A DNA stretch of 64,000 nucleotides. Source: a virus. This document shows positions 26,124 through 35,180 of this stretch, piece after piece. The translations under genes and the position numbers were made by a program. The stretch lies in the IMG/VR virus record IMGVR_UViG_3300047445_000406, positions 1 through 64,000 of that record; one strand, 5' to 3'. The notes beneath the pieces were generated by a model that saw nothing but the letters and a program-made list of their open reading frames with translations, did no database searches and was not told where the DNA came from. Each line of letters begins with the position of its first letter. Position 1 is the first letter of the stretch.

Positions 26124-27409
26124 CTTCTACCCTCAACCTAGATACCCTGGTCCTGAATGAGGACCAGGACAGCGCCCTGAACAAGTTCGTGGGTTTCCTG
26201 TGCGACCCGGCCAAGCAGGTATTCCTGTTGGAAGGTTATTCCGGCACCGGCAAGACCACACTGATCCGCAAGCTGATGGACAACCTGCCGCGCTACATCC
26301 GCTCGGTCAAGGCCATCTGGCCGGATTACCCGGAGTATGAAGTGCAGCTGACCGCCACCACCAACAAGGCGGCCGATACCTTCAGCCGTGTTACCGGTAT
26401 GGATGTGCGGACCATCCACAGCTTTCTGGAGCTGCGCATCCATAACGACTTCAAGACAGGCCAGAAGGTACTGGTACCGAAGCGCGAGAACGACTTCAAG
26501 TACAACTACCTGTTGTTCATCGATGAAGCCAGTTACATCAACAGTGAGCTGCTGGGCCTGATCTTCAGCCAGACCAAGGGCTGCAAGATCGTGCTGATGG
26601 GCGATCGCGCCCAGCTGCTGGCACCGAAGTCGCTGGCAGCCCCGGTCTTCCTGGCGGGCTTTGAAGGCGCCATGCTGGAGAAGCCCATGCGCCAGATGGT
26701 GAACGGCGTGCCACAAGCCAACCCGATCACCGACATCGCCACCCTGTTCCGCCACACGGTCAATGGCAGTGACTGGCCCAAGTTCAAGCCCGATGGCCAG
26801 TACGTGCAATATCTGGACCGGGCCGATTTCGAGAGCGAGATCATTGCCGAATTCACCCGGCCTGACTGGCAGTACCACGATTCCAAGGTGCTGGCTTACA
26901 CCAACAACTGCGTGATCGCCTACAACAACGCCATCCGTAACCAAGTGGCCGGCGACCCGCAACTGCAGCCCGGTGACTATGCCGAGAACAACAGCTTCAT
27001 CTCGGTGGGTCACAAGGGCAATATGGCGTCGATCAAGACTGACCAGCTGGTGTACATCAGCGAAATCGAATCCGACTCGCATCACCATGACGTGCTGGGC
27101 AACTGGGTGACCGTGGACGGGCAGATCCGCGTGTTCCACCCGAAGTCGCGCAAGGACAAACAGAAGTACATCAATGAGCAGCGTGCACTGGGCCACTACA
27201 GCCATGTGCGGGAAGCCGAGAACTGGATCGACCTGCGGGCAGTCTTTGCCCAGACGGTCAACAAGGCCCAGGGATCGACTTACGGCACGGTGTTCATCGA
27301 CCTCGACAACATCAAGACCTGCACCAGTGGCAACCAGATAGCCCGCATGATGTATGTGGGCATCTCGCGTGCCACCACCCGCGTGGTCCTTACCGGAGAT
27401 CTGGTATGA
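26120..27409 (+). CDS. Dda-like SF1B DNA helicase (N4 gp37)
   Basis: GYSGTGKTT, TATTNKAA, TIHSFL, IDEAS, GDRAQL, TVNKAQGSTY, YVGISRA. Confidence 0.92.
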   Translation: MTSTLNLDTLVLNEDQDSALNKFVGFLCDPAKQVFLLEGYSGTGKTTLIRKLMDNLPRYIRSVKAIWPDYPEYEVQLTATTNKAADTFSRVTGMDVRTIHSFLELRIHNDFKTGQKVLVPKRENDFKYNYLLFIDEASYINSELLGLIFSQTKGCKIVLMGDRAQLLAPKSLAAPVFLAGFEGAMLEKPMRQMVNGVPQANPITDIATLFRHTVNGSDWPKFKPDGQYVQYLDRADFESEIIAEFTRPDWQYHDSKVLAYTNNCVIAYNNAIRNQVAGDPQLQPGDYAENNSFISVGHKGNMASIKTDQLVYISEIESDSHHHDVLGNWVTVDGQIRVFHPKSRKDKQKYINEQRALGHYSHVREAENWIDLRAVFAQTVNKAQGSTYGTVFIDLDNIKTCTSGNQIARMMYVGISRATTRVVLTGDLV

Positions 27410-27777
27410 AAAAGAGCGAAATCCTGCAGCAAGCCAGGAACATGCTGGCACGGGGGACACGGCAAAACATCTGCCATGCCATCAGTGGCGTGGCCTTGTT
27501 GACGCCGGGCGCCCTGAGTCAATGCCTGGAACTGCGTAGCTGGATCAAGGACATGCTGGAAGGCCATGATTACTACCCGATCTGGCTGCGTGTTAAACAT
27601 CCGGATTTCCTGGGTGCCCAGTTCATCAAAGACAACGATGCCGAGCAGATTTTCCTGACCGGCCGTCTGGCTTGGATGGACTGGATGATCCAGTCCTGGA
27701 AGCAGTGGGAGGCAGAGGACGAGCAGCATGCTCCCCGTGGCTGGCCCGAACCCATCAAGAAATTAATTCCTTTTTAG
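27406..27777 (+). CDS. Hypothetical protein
   Basis: ATGA overlap; ICHAI...RLAWMDWMI motif. Confidence 0.65.
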   Translation: MKKSEILQQARNMLARGTRQNICHAISGVALLTPGALSQCLELRSWIKDMLEGHDYYPIWLRVKHPDFLGAQFIKDNDAEQIFLTGRLAWMDWMIQSWKQWEAEDEQHAPRGWPEPIKKLIPF

Positions 27778-27786
27778 GAGCACCCC

Positions 27787-28107
27787 ATGAAAAAGATGAT
27801 CCTGGTGTCGTTGACCGACGCCGACGGCGATGCCCATGTCAAGCTGTGCAATGCCTGCGCACTGGAATGGTTCAACTCGCCTTACCCGAGAACAGGTGAG
27901 GAAGTAATACCGGCCGATGTGCTGTTTGGCTTTGAAGAAGCCGTTGATGACGACAGCTTGATGGTGCGTGTTACCTCTGGTTCCGGCGATAACGACCGTG
28001 CCCTGGCTTGCCCAGGCGATGCCATGTCCAGCGTCACCGCAGCTTTCAAATACGCCAAGGCCAACCACATCGACATCGTGGACGAATACCATGGCATGGT
28101 GTACTGA
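27787..28107 (+). CDS. Acidic hypothetical protein
   Basis: AGGAG RBS; VTSGSGDNDRAL. Confidence 0.65.
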   Translation: MKKMILVSLTDADGDAHVKLCNACALEWFNSPYPRTGEEVIPADVLFGFEEAVDDDSLMVRVTSGSGDNDRALACPGDAMSSVTAAFKYAKANHIDIVDEYHGMVY

Positions 28108-28122
28108 GGATCGGGTGCTGTC

Positions 28123-28632
28123 ATGGCCATACAAGATCCCCGGCTGAAAGCCAACATGAAGGGGTGGATGTCGCACATCCTGTACGGCCCCTACCACACC
28201 CGCAGAGGAAACCAGTTGGATAACCTGATTGCCCGCAACATGCGGCTGCAAGGCGTCCAATACCAGTGCTTTACCTACCGCGGGGATTACTTCGGCGTGA
28301 TGTATACAGGAGCATTTCTCCGGCCGAAGCTGCATGCAGAGCTGCACCACGAGATGGACGTGTACCTGGCCGAGGAGAATGAGCGCCTGGCCAACGAAAC
28401 ACCCTATGTCGACAACTACATCGTGCGCGTGCTTAACGCCAGCGAGTCCTTTAAAGACTGGCTGAAGTTGCTGCCCGATTCGATGAAGGGGCCGGTGTAC
28501 CAGCTGCTGCAAAGCTTCCAGAGCGACCCGGAAACGCTAACACCTGACCAGGTGGATGCGTTACTGGCGGAAGGTGCCGCCTCGATCCAGAAGATGAAGG
28601 AACGTATGGCGCGCAACCTGCTGCAGTCGTAA
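28123..28632 (+). CDS. N4 gp38-like protein
   Basis: Lies between helicase and DNA polymerase; FTYRG-YF, LHAELH, LLPD motifs. Confidence 0.65.
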   Translation: MAIQDPRLKANMKGWMSHILYGPYHTRRGNQLDNLIARNMRLQGVQYQCFTYRGDYFGVMYTGAFLRPKLHAELHHEMDVYLAEENERLANETPYVDNYIVRVLNASESFKDWLKLLPDSMKGPVYQLLQSFQSDPETLTPDQVDALLAEGAASIQKMKERMARNLLQS

Positions 28633-28675
28633 CAAAGCAAATTACCAAATCAAGAAACCAAGAAAGGAAACGCCC

Positions 28676-31390
28676 ATGCGGCATCTCATCTTCGAGGAAT
28701 CCCCAACCCACACCTACCCGGTGGCGTTGCTGACCAAGCCCAGTGCCTTCGTCAAAAAGGATCTGGGCTTGCATTATCTGGATCCCTGGAAAACCATGGG
28801 CATCTCCCGCAAGGAGGTGATTGGCTTCACGTTGGAAGTCGATAGCAAGAAGGTGTCCACCACCTTCGCCAAGACTTACCTGAACGACCTGATGCCGGTG
28901 CTAAAGGAGCAGGGCGTGCAGTATCTGTACTGCACCGACTCGACCTACTTCAAGCTGCTGACCAAGCAGGGCAAGGCTGATGTGCACCAGGGCTACGTCC
29001 TACCCTGCAAGCTGGCCGGCTATGAACACATGCACGTGGTGCTGGGCCTGAATCACCAGCAGCTGATCTACAACCCGGACCTGGTGCAGAAGCTGGACCA
29101 GTCCCTGTATGCCCTGGCTTCGCACCTGCAGGGTACCTACGTGGCACCGGGCTCCGGCATCATCCACAAGGGACTGTATCCGAAGACGCTGCAGGAGATC
29201 CGTGACACGCTGGAAGCCCTGAAGAGCTATCCCGAAGTCACCATGGACATCGAGGCGTTCTCCCTGCGCCACTGGAAGGCCGGCATCGGCACCGTGGCCA
29301 TCGCCATCGATGAACACCATGGCGTGACCTTCCCCTGTGATTACGCACCGTATGACGCACCAGTCGAGGTGACGGAAGACGATGAGAAAGGCAAGCCAGT
29401 CAAGAAACTGCTGCACGGCCGCTACGTGAAAAACGATGCGGTGCGGGATCTGCTGCGTGACTTTATCCTGACCTATCCCGGCAAGATCACCTGGCACAAC
29501 GCCACCTATGACGTGAAGGTCTGCATCTTCACCCTGTTCATGGACAGCCTGATGGACACCAAGGGGCTGCTGGATGGTCTGGACGTGATGACGGCCCGCA
29601 TGGATGACACCAAGATCATCGCCTACCTGGCCACCAATTCCTGCGCCGGCAATGTGCTGGGCCTGAAGCCTCTGGCCCATGAGTTCGCCGGCAACTGGGC
29701 CAAGGATGACATCAAGGACATCCGCTTGATCCCGCTGCCGGACCTGCTGCAGTACAACCTGGTCGATGCCTTGTCCACCTGGTTTGTGAAGAAGAAGTAC
29801 ACCCCGATCATGGTGGCCGACCAGCAGGACGATCTGTACCGTTCCCTGTTCATGCCCAGCCTGAAGCTCATCATTCAGATGGAGCTGACCGGCATGCCCA
29901 TGTCGAAAAAGAAAATCGCCGAGGGCAAGGCACAGCTGGAAGCCATCCGCGACAAGCATCTGGCCACCATCGTCCACAACAAGACGATCCAGGCCATGAA
30001 TCTGCTGGTACAGGAGAAGGCCTGGAACCAGGATTACGAGACACGCCTGGCCAAGTCCAAGACCGGCAAGATCAAGGTCAAGTCGCAGGCGGACTTTGCC
30101 CACAAGCAGTTCAATCCGAATTCCGGACCACAGCTGCAGGTGCTGCTGTACGAGCTGATGGGGCTGCCGGTCATCGATCTGACGGACACCAAGCAGCCGG
30201 CCACCGGTGGGGAAACGATCGAGAAACTGATCAACCACACCAATGAGCCCGCCTACAAGGAAATCCTGCAGGCGCTGATCGAATACAGTGCCGTCGTCAA
30301 GATCCTCAACACCTTCATCCCGGCCTTTGAAGGCGCCATCAACCATGACCCGTCTAAACCAGATGAGGTATGGCTGCACGGCTCCTTCAACCTCGGGGGT
30401 GCGGTGTCCGGGCGCCTGTCGTCTTCCGACCCGAACCTGCAGAACATTCCGGCCGGTTCGACCTATGGCAAGCTGATCAAGACCTTCTTTGGCTGGCTGC
30501 AGGGCTGGATCTTTGCCGGGGCTGACTTCAATTCCTTGGAGGATTACATCTCGGCCCTGACCACCAAGGATCCCAATAAGCTGGACGTGTACATCAAGGG
30601 ATTCGATGGTCACAGCCTGCGCGCCGCCTACTACTTCCGTGACCAGCTGATCGCCGAAGGCCTCAACATCGACATCACCGATCCCAAGTCGGTGAACGTG
30701 CTGAAGAAGACCGATCACCCGCTGCGCCAGGAATCGAAGGCACCGACCTTTGCGTTGACCTACCAGGGTACCTACCGCACCCTGATGACCAACCTGGGCT
30801 GGAGTGAAGAGAAGGCCAAGATGATCGAAGCCAACTACCACGTGCTGTACCAGGTATCGGACGAGTACATCGACCGGCGCCTGGCCCAGGCCTGCAAGGA
30901 TGGCTATGTGGAAGTGGCTTTCGGTCTGCGGCTGCGCACACCGATGCTGGCTCAGGTCATCTGGGGATCGTCCCGCATGCCGTCGGAAGCTGCGGCAGAA
31001 GGCCGTACAGCCGGTAACGCCATGGGCCAGTCCTATGGCCAGTTGAATAACCGTGCCGCGGTGGAATTCTGGCAAAAGGTCTGGGCCTCGAAGTACAAGT
31101 ACGACATCCTGCCCTGTGCCCTGATCCATGACGCCATCTACAGCGTCATCAGGGAAGACCTGGAAATCGTCACCTGGGCCAACAAGGAGCTGATCGACTC
31201 CATGCGCTGGCAACAGCTGCCGGAGATCCAGCACCCGACCGTCAAGCTGGGTGCGGCACTCGACCTGTTCTGGCCTGCCTGGCACAACAAAATCACCCTG
31301 CCAAACGATGCCGACCAAGCCACCATTGGCCAGATGTGCAAAGAAGCGTGTGAAGAGTATCTCAATCCAAAAGAAAAGGGAGCAGTGTAA
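28676..31390 (+). CDS. DNA polymerase, family A (N4 gp39)
   Basis: Exo I DIEAF, Exo II HNATYD, Exo III YNLVD, SGRLSSSDPNLQN, motif A GADFNSLE, motif B RQESKAPTFALTYQG, motif C IHDA. Confidence 0.97.
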   Translation: MRHLIFEESPTHTYPVALLTKPSAFVKKDLGLHYLDPWKTMGISRKEVIGFTLEVDSKKVSTTFAKTYLNDLMPVLKEQGVQYLYCTDSTYFKLLTKQGKADVHQGYVLPCKLAGYEHMHVVLGLNHQQLIYNPDLVQKLDQSLYALASHLQGTYVAPGSGIIHKGLYPKTLQEIRDTLEALKSYPEVTMDIEAFSLRHWKAGIGTVAIAIDEHHGVTFPCDYAPYDAPVEVTEDDEKGKPVKKLLHGRYVKNDAVRDLLRDFILTYPGKITWHNATYDVKVCIFTLFMDSLMDTKGLLDGLDVMTARMDDTKIIAYLATNSCAGNVLGLKPLAHEFAGNWAKDDIKDIRLIPLPDLLQYNLVDALSTWFVKKKYTPIMVADQQDDLYRSLFMPSLKLIIQMELTGMPMSKKKIAEGKAQLEAIRDKHLATIVHNKTIQAMNLLVQEKAWNQDYETRLAKSKTGKIKVKSQADFAHKQFNPNSGPQLQVLLYELMGLPVIDLTDTKQPATGGETIEKLINHTNEPAYKEILQALIEYSAVVKILNTFIPAFEGAINHDPSKPDEVWLHGSFNLGGAVSGRLSSSDPNLQNIPAGSTYGKLIKTFFGWLQGWIFAGADFNSLEDYISALTTKDPNKLDVYIKGFDGHSLRAAYYFRDQLIAEGLNIDITDPKSVNVLKKTDHPLRQESKAPTFALTYQGTYRTLMTNLGWSEEKAKMIEANYHVLYQVSDEYIDRRLAQACKDGYVEVAFGLRLRTPMLAQVIWGSSRMPSEAAAEGRTAGNAMGQSYGQLNNRAAVEFWQKVWASKYKYDILPCALIHDAIYSVIREDLEIVTWANKELIDSMRWQQLPEIQHPTVKLGAALDLFWPAWHNKITLPNDADQATIGQMCKEACEEYLNPKEKGAV

Positions 31391-31629
31391 TGGGCGAATT
31401 ACTTTTATGTCTGGTCTTCTTTGTGGGCGGCCTTGGTATTGGCATCGGCTGCACCTCACGGGACATCACCAAACCAGCTATCACTTCTGCCATCACGCAG
31501 TGTGCACCCAATGCAAGCCTGGTTGGACTCACCACCAGCGGGACAGGTACCACTGTTACTGCAAAGTGTGGTAACGGGGCAAGCTTTGAAATCGACAATC
31601 GTTATGTACAACAAAAGGAAAAATCGTGA
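31390..31629 (+). CDS. Small exported/lipoprotein-like protein
   Basis: Hydrophobic N-terminus ending IGIGC; two further Cys. Confidence 0.55.
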   Translation: MGELLLCLVFFVGGLGIGIGCTSRDITKPAITSAITQCAPNASLVGLTTSGTGTTVTAKCGNGASFEIDNRYVQQKEKS

Positions 31630-31859
31630 CCGCTATTACCAACAAACCGCCGACCATGAACCTGTCCAATGTTCCTGAAAACTTCGTGCCATTGACCGAG
31701 CATGAATTCACCAAGGCCTACATCGCTGCCAGAACCGCCGCTGGCGACCACTGGAGCACGCTCGATGTGGTGCGCAGCTGGGCCGCCTACCAGCATGATC
31801 CTGCCGGCCACTTCCTGTCCAAGCCAGAGGTGACCACCACTGGTTTGATCCCGGTGTAG
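31626..31859 (+). CDS. Hypothetical protein
   Basis: AAGGA RBS, GTG start. Confidence 0.55.
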   Translation: MTAITNKPPTMNLSNVPENFVPLTEHEFTKAYIAARTAAGDHWSTLDVVRSWAAYQHDPAGHFLSKPEVTTTGLIPV

Positions 31860-31861
31860 TC

Positions 31862-32050
31862 ATGGGCCACGGTCATAGCCCGGCTGCCAAGCGCATCGCA
31901 CAACGGCAGATGGTCCGCAGCGTACCCTGCCCCAAGTGCAGTGCCAAGGCAGGTCAGAAGTGTATTGGCGTGCGGGTGAAAGCCCGTGCTGCCAGCCATC
32001 AGGAACGGTGGGATGCCTACCGTGAGCAGCAAACGAATCAAACCAACTAA
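31862..32050 (+). CDS. Small zinc-finger protein
   Basis: CPKCSAKAGQKC...SHQER. Confidence 0.65.
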   Translation: MGHGHSPAAKRIAQRQMVRSVPCPKCSAKAGQKCIGVRVKARAASHQERWDAYREQQTNQTN

Positions 32051-32077
32051 ACCAACAACAGAAACGAAGGAGTCATC

Positions 32078-32416
32078 ATGTCCGAAACGCTGCACAAAAA
32101 GGCCGTCGACAAGGCCATCAAATTCCTGCAGGCTGCAGGTGCCAATTACATGATCGAATTCGGCGGTGAGAAATTCACCAACCGCAAGAGCCGTCCCGAT
32201 TACAAGAGCGTCTACGGCCCGCTGCTGGACCAGGCCGAGAAAGATGGCCAGACCACGGTCACCATCCAGGTACCGGCTGAATTCGAGCTGGAAGCCTTCC
32301 GCTCCGCCGTGGCCGGCACGCTGTCGCAACGCTTTGGTCCGGACAGCTCGATGTCCGAAATCAACAAGGAAGCCCACACCGTCACGGTGCTGTGGATTCA
32401 GGATAACCAAGGTTAA
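32078..32416 (+). CDS. Hypothetical protein
   Basis: AAGGAG RBS. Confidence 0.7.
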   Translation: MSETLHKKAVDKAIKFLQAAGANYMIEFGGEKFTNRKSRPDYKSVYGPLLDQAEKDGQTTVTIQVPAEFELEAFRSAVAGTLSQRFGPDSSMSEINKEAHTVTVLWIQDNQG

Positions 32417-32419
32417 ACC

Positions 32420-32707
32420 ATGAACATTACACCAGAGTCTCCGGTGATTTTCCACTCGGAAGTCGATGGCACCAAATGCCAGATCAAAGTGACCTGGTAC
32501 ATCCCCGCAGTACCGGCCACCGGATTGAGTGGACCCATGGAAGATGCCTGTCCGATGGAGACTTCGGAATTCGAGTTCGAGGTGATCGGGGAACACCGGT
32601 TGGAAACCGATCATTTGAACGGCGTCGTCACGCGTGCTGATGAAGACCGTATCTTCAATGAATTCGAGGCCTACCTCCTCGCCCTCAAACACGACAAGGA
32701 TTTCTGA
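32420..32707 (+). CDS. Hypothetical protein
   Basis: AAGG RBS; acidic. Confidence 0.6.
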   Translation: MNITPESPVIFHSEVDGTKCQIKVTWYIPAVPATGLSGPMEDACPMETSEFEFEVIGEHRLETDHLNGVVTRADEDRIFNEFEAYLLALKHDKDF

Positions 32708-32709
32708 CC

Positions 32710-35154
32710 ATGCAAGTCACCCACGTAAACGACCATGTTACCCACGCCGTGATTGGCGGCGCCCAGACCATCGACTTCGGCATCAGCAACAGTGCCGAGT
32801 TCTTCAACATTCTGTCCTCCACCCTGTACAAGGACCAGAAACTGGCGGTGATCCGCGAAGGCCTGTGCAATGCGTGGGACGCCCATATCGAAGCCGGCTG
32901 CACCCATCTGCCGATTGAAGTCATCGTGGATGACACCAAGCTGGTGATCAAGGACTTTGGCCGCGGCATCCACCGTGATGACATCGGCCTGATCTACGGC
33001 ACCTATGGCAACTCGACCAAGAAGAACGATGGCAAGCAGACCGGTGGCTTCGGCCTGGGCTGCAAATCGCCGTTTGCCTACACCGACCACTTCGAGGTTA
33101 TCAGCTGCAATGCCGGCGTGAAGACCATCTACAATATGAGCAAGTCGTCGGCCCAGGTGCAAGGCAAGCCAGGGATCATCCCGATCGCCTCCTTCCCGAC
33201 CGAAGAAAACGGCCTGCAGGTGACTATTCACCTGAAGACACCCGGCGACAGCATTGCCTTCAAGAACCTGATCCAGCGTATCGCCCGCAACGGCGACATG
33301 AACGTCAAGCTCAATGGCGAGCTGCTGGAGAAGCTGGAATTCGATACCAGCAAAGCCAACTACATGATTACCTCGGAAAGTAATCTGGTAGGCATTTCCT
33401 CGCACCGCATCATGGTCCGTTACGGCAACGTGATCTACCCGGTGGAGAAAGCCGGTGAGATCGGCCAGGGGTATGAGAAAGTGATGCAACACCTGGATGA
33501 TCTGCGTGGCTACCATCAGTACAACATCGTGTTCCAGGCACCGCCGAACAGCATCTCGGTGCAGCCTTCCCGTGAAGGCCTGTCGATGCAGGAACACACC
33601 ATCAAGACGCTCAATTCCCTGTTCAATGGCTTCCTGTCCATGCTGAAAAAGGAATTCCAGGGCGAGTGCCACCAGTACGCCGAGAACGTGGTGATCGAAG
33701 CGGTACAGCAACGCCGTGTCGCCGACCTGTTGAAACGTCAAGCCGTGCTGCCGGCCAAGGAATCCACCTTCTATCCAGCCCTGATCAACGATCTGGGTAC
33801 CATGGCCAAACGCTATATGCAGCAGCACTATCCGGCCGGAGCAGACTTCCGCCGCAAGGACATCACCTTCCGCTTAAACCAGATGGTGCAAGCCAGTCTC
33901 CTGGACCGTGGCCTGGTGCAATCCTTCCTGCGCGAGATGCAGGAACTGGACGATAAGCTGCTGTTGTCCAAGACCCGTACCAGCTGGCTGCAGAAGCGGG
34001 TAATCGCGCCGATCCTGGTCAAGATGATGAAGGCCGGCATTGACCATCATCGTCTGTTTGCCCTGGACAGTGATGACTTCAACGCCCCGGATACCTGGCG
34101 CCGCAGTGCTACCCAACCCCTGGTGCGTGCCGATGCCATCAGTCCTCCTGGCTTGCTGGGTTGCCTGCCTTATCTGCGCAACATGGTGGTGGTCACTCAC
34201 AAGCTGAGCAACCTGAATGAACGGGTGGGACGGCATGACACCTACAAGTCCATGGGCGGCTATGGTGGCTACCTGCTGTATAACACTTCCCTGAAACAGG
34301 TCGACAAGGACAAGGCACTGGCCTTCTTCAAAGGCCTGGGCATGACCGTCATCGACCTGACGCAGCGCCAGTCCTGGGAACCGGAGCCGGTGGTCAACAC
34401 TGCGCCGCGCAAGCCACCGAAGGTGGGCTTGCCGGTGCTGTCGTGCATCCAGGATGAGAAGACTGGCCATGTCGATACCAACTGGTCCAAGCTGGAAGAC
34501 GCCAAGCGCATTACTGCGCCGGAGTTCGTGGTCCAGCTGTCGATCCGCAAGGACACCATGTCTGACCGCTTCGAGCCCTTCAACGACAAGGATGTGCTCA
34601 ACATCCTCAAGCTGTATGGCGACAAGGGTGGCATCGTGCACAACAGCACGTTGCATGCCAAGTGGATCAAACAGGGTGCCAAGGACTTCCGGGCATACGT
34701 CGAGGAACAACTGGCCGGCGTGATGATGAACAGTCCGCGCATTGCGGAATACATGCGCTTCAACCGCCATGTGGTGCTGGACAATTCACCGTGGTACAGC
34801 AGCAATTCCAACTACCAACTGGTCAGCCTGGTTTACCGGACCAAGGAATTGCGTGACCTGTTCGGCCTGGTGAACAACCTGACCGAAACGGAACAGATGC
34901 AGGTGAATCTGTATCACCGCATCCTGCATCTGGACCGTCATCGCCTGTCCGTCAAAATGCAGGACTGCGTCAAGCACTTCAAGTCGGTCAAACTGGATCC
35001 GAAGAACCAGGCCATGCTGGATAAGATCGCCCGCAATCCGCTGATCGAGATCATCGACGTGGAAAAGCTGCGCGATACCTTCAAGCCTGATCAAATCCAA
35101 ACCCCGGCAGCCCAGACAGCATTGAAAGTGCTGCTGACAGTGCTGTCCCATTAA
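32710..35154 (+). CDS. rIIA: rIIA-like protein (N-terminal GHKL ATPase)
   Basis: LY-DQKLAVIRE-LCNAWDAH, IKDFGRGI, GNSTK, GGFGLGCKSPFAYTD, PSREGLS. Confidence 0.92.
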   Translation: MQVTHVNDHVTHAVIGGAQTIDFGISNSAEFFNILSSTLYKDQKLAVIREGLCNAWDAHIEAGCTHLPIEVIVDDTKLVIKDFGRGIHRDDIGLIYGTYGNSTKKNDGKQTGGFGLGCKSPFAYTDHFEVISCNAGVKTIYNMSKSSAQVQGKPGIIPIASFPTEENGLQVTIHLKTPGDSIAFKNLIQRIARNGDMNVKLNGELLEKLEFDTSKANYMITSESNLVGISSHRIMVRYGNVIYPVEKAGEIGQGYEKVMQHLDDLRGYHQYNIVFQAPPNSISVQPSREGLSMQEHTIKTLNSLFNGFLSMLKKEFQGECHQYAENVVIEAVQQRRVADLLKRQAVLPAKESTFYPALINDLGTMAKRYMQQHYPAGADFRRKDITFRLNQMVQASLLDRGLVQSFLREMQELDDKLLLSKTRTSWLQKRVIAPILVKMMKAGIDHHRLFALDSDDFNAPDTWRRSATQPLVRADAISPPGLLGCLPYLRNMVVVTHKLSNLNERVGRHDTYKSMGGYGGYLLYNTSLKQVDKDKALAFFKGLGMTVIDLTQRQSWEPEPVVNTAPRKPPKVGLPVLSCIQDEKTGHVDTNWSKLEDAKRITAPEFVVQLSIRKDTMSDRFEPFNDKDVLNILKLYGDKGGIVHNSTLHAKWIKQGAKDFRAYVEEQLAGVMMNSPRIAEYMRFNRHVVLDNSPWYSSNSNYQLVSLVYRTKELRDLFGLVNNLTETEQMQVNLYHRILHLDRHRLSVKMQDCVKHFKSVKLDPKNQAMLDKIARNPLIEIIDVEKLRDTFKPDQIQTPAAQTALKVLLTVLSH

Positions 35155-35180
35155 ATTAAACCACCTCCTGAAAGCACATC

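Noticed and set aside
28676-31390. Intein or intron in DNA polymerase, terminase or RNR
   Set aside because: Frames are continuous, lengths are near family norms, and no C...HN-(C/S/T) splice junctions or LAGLIDADG blocks were seen.
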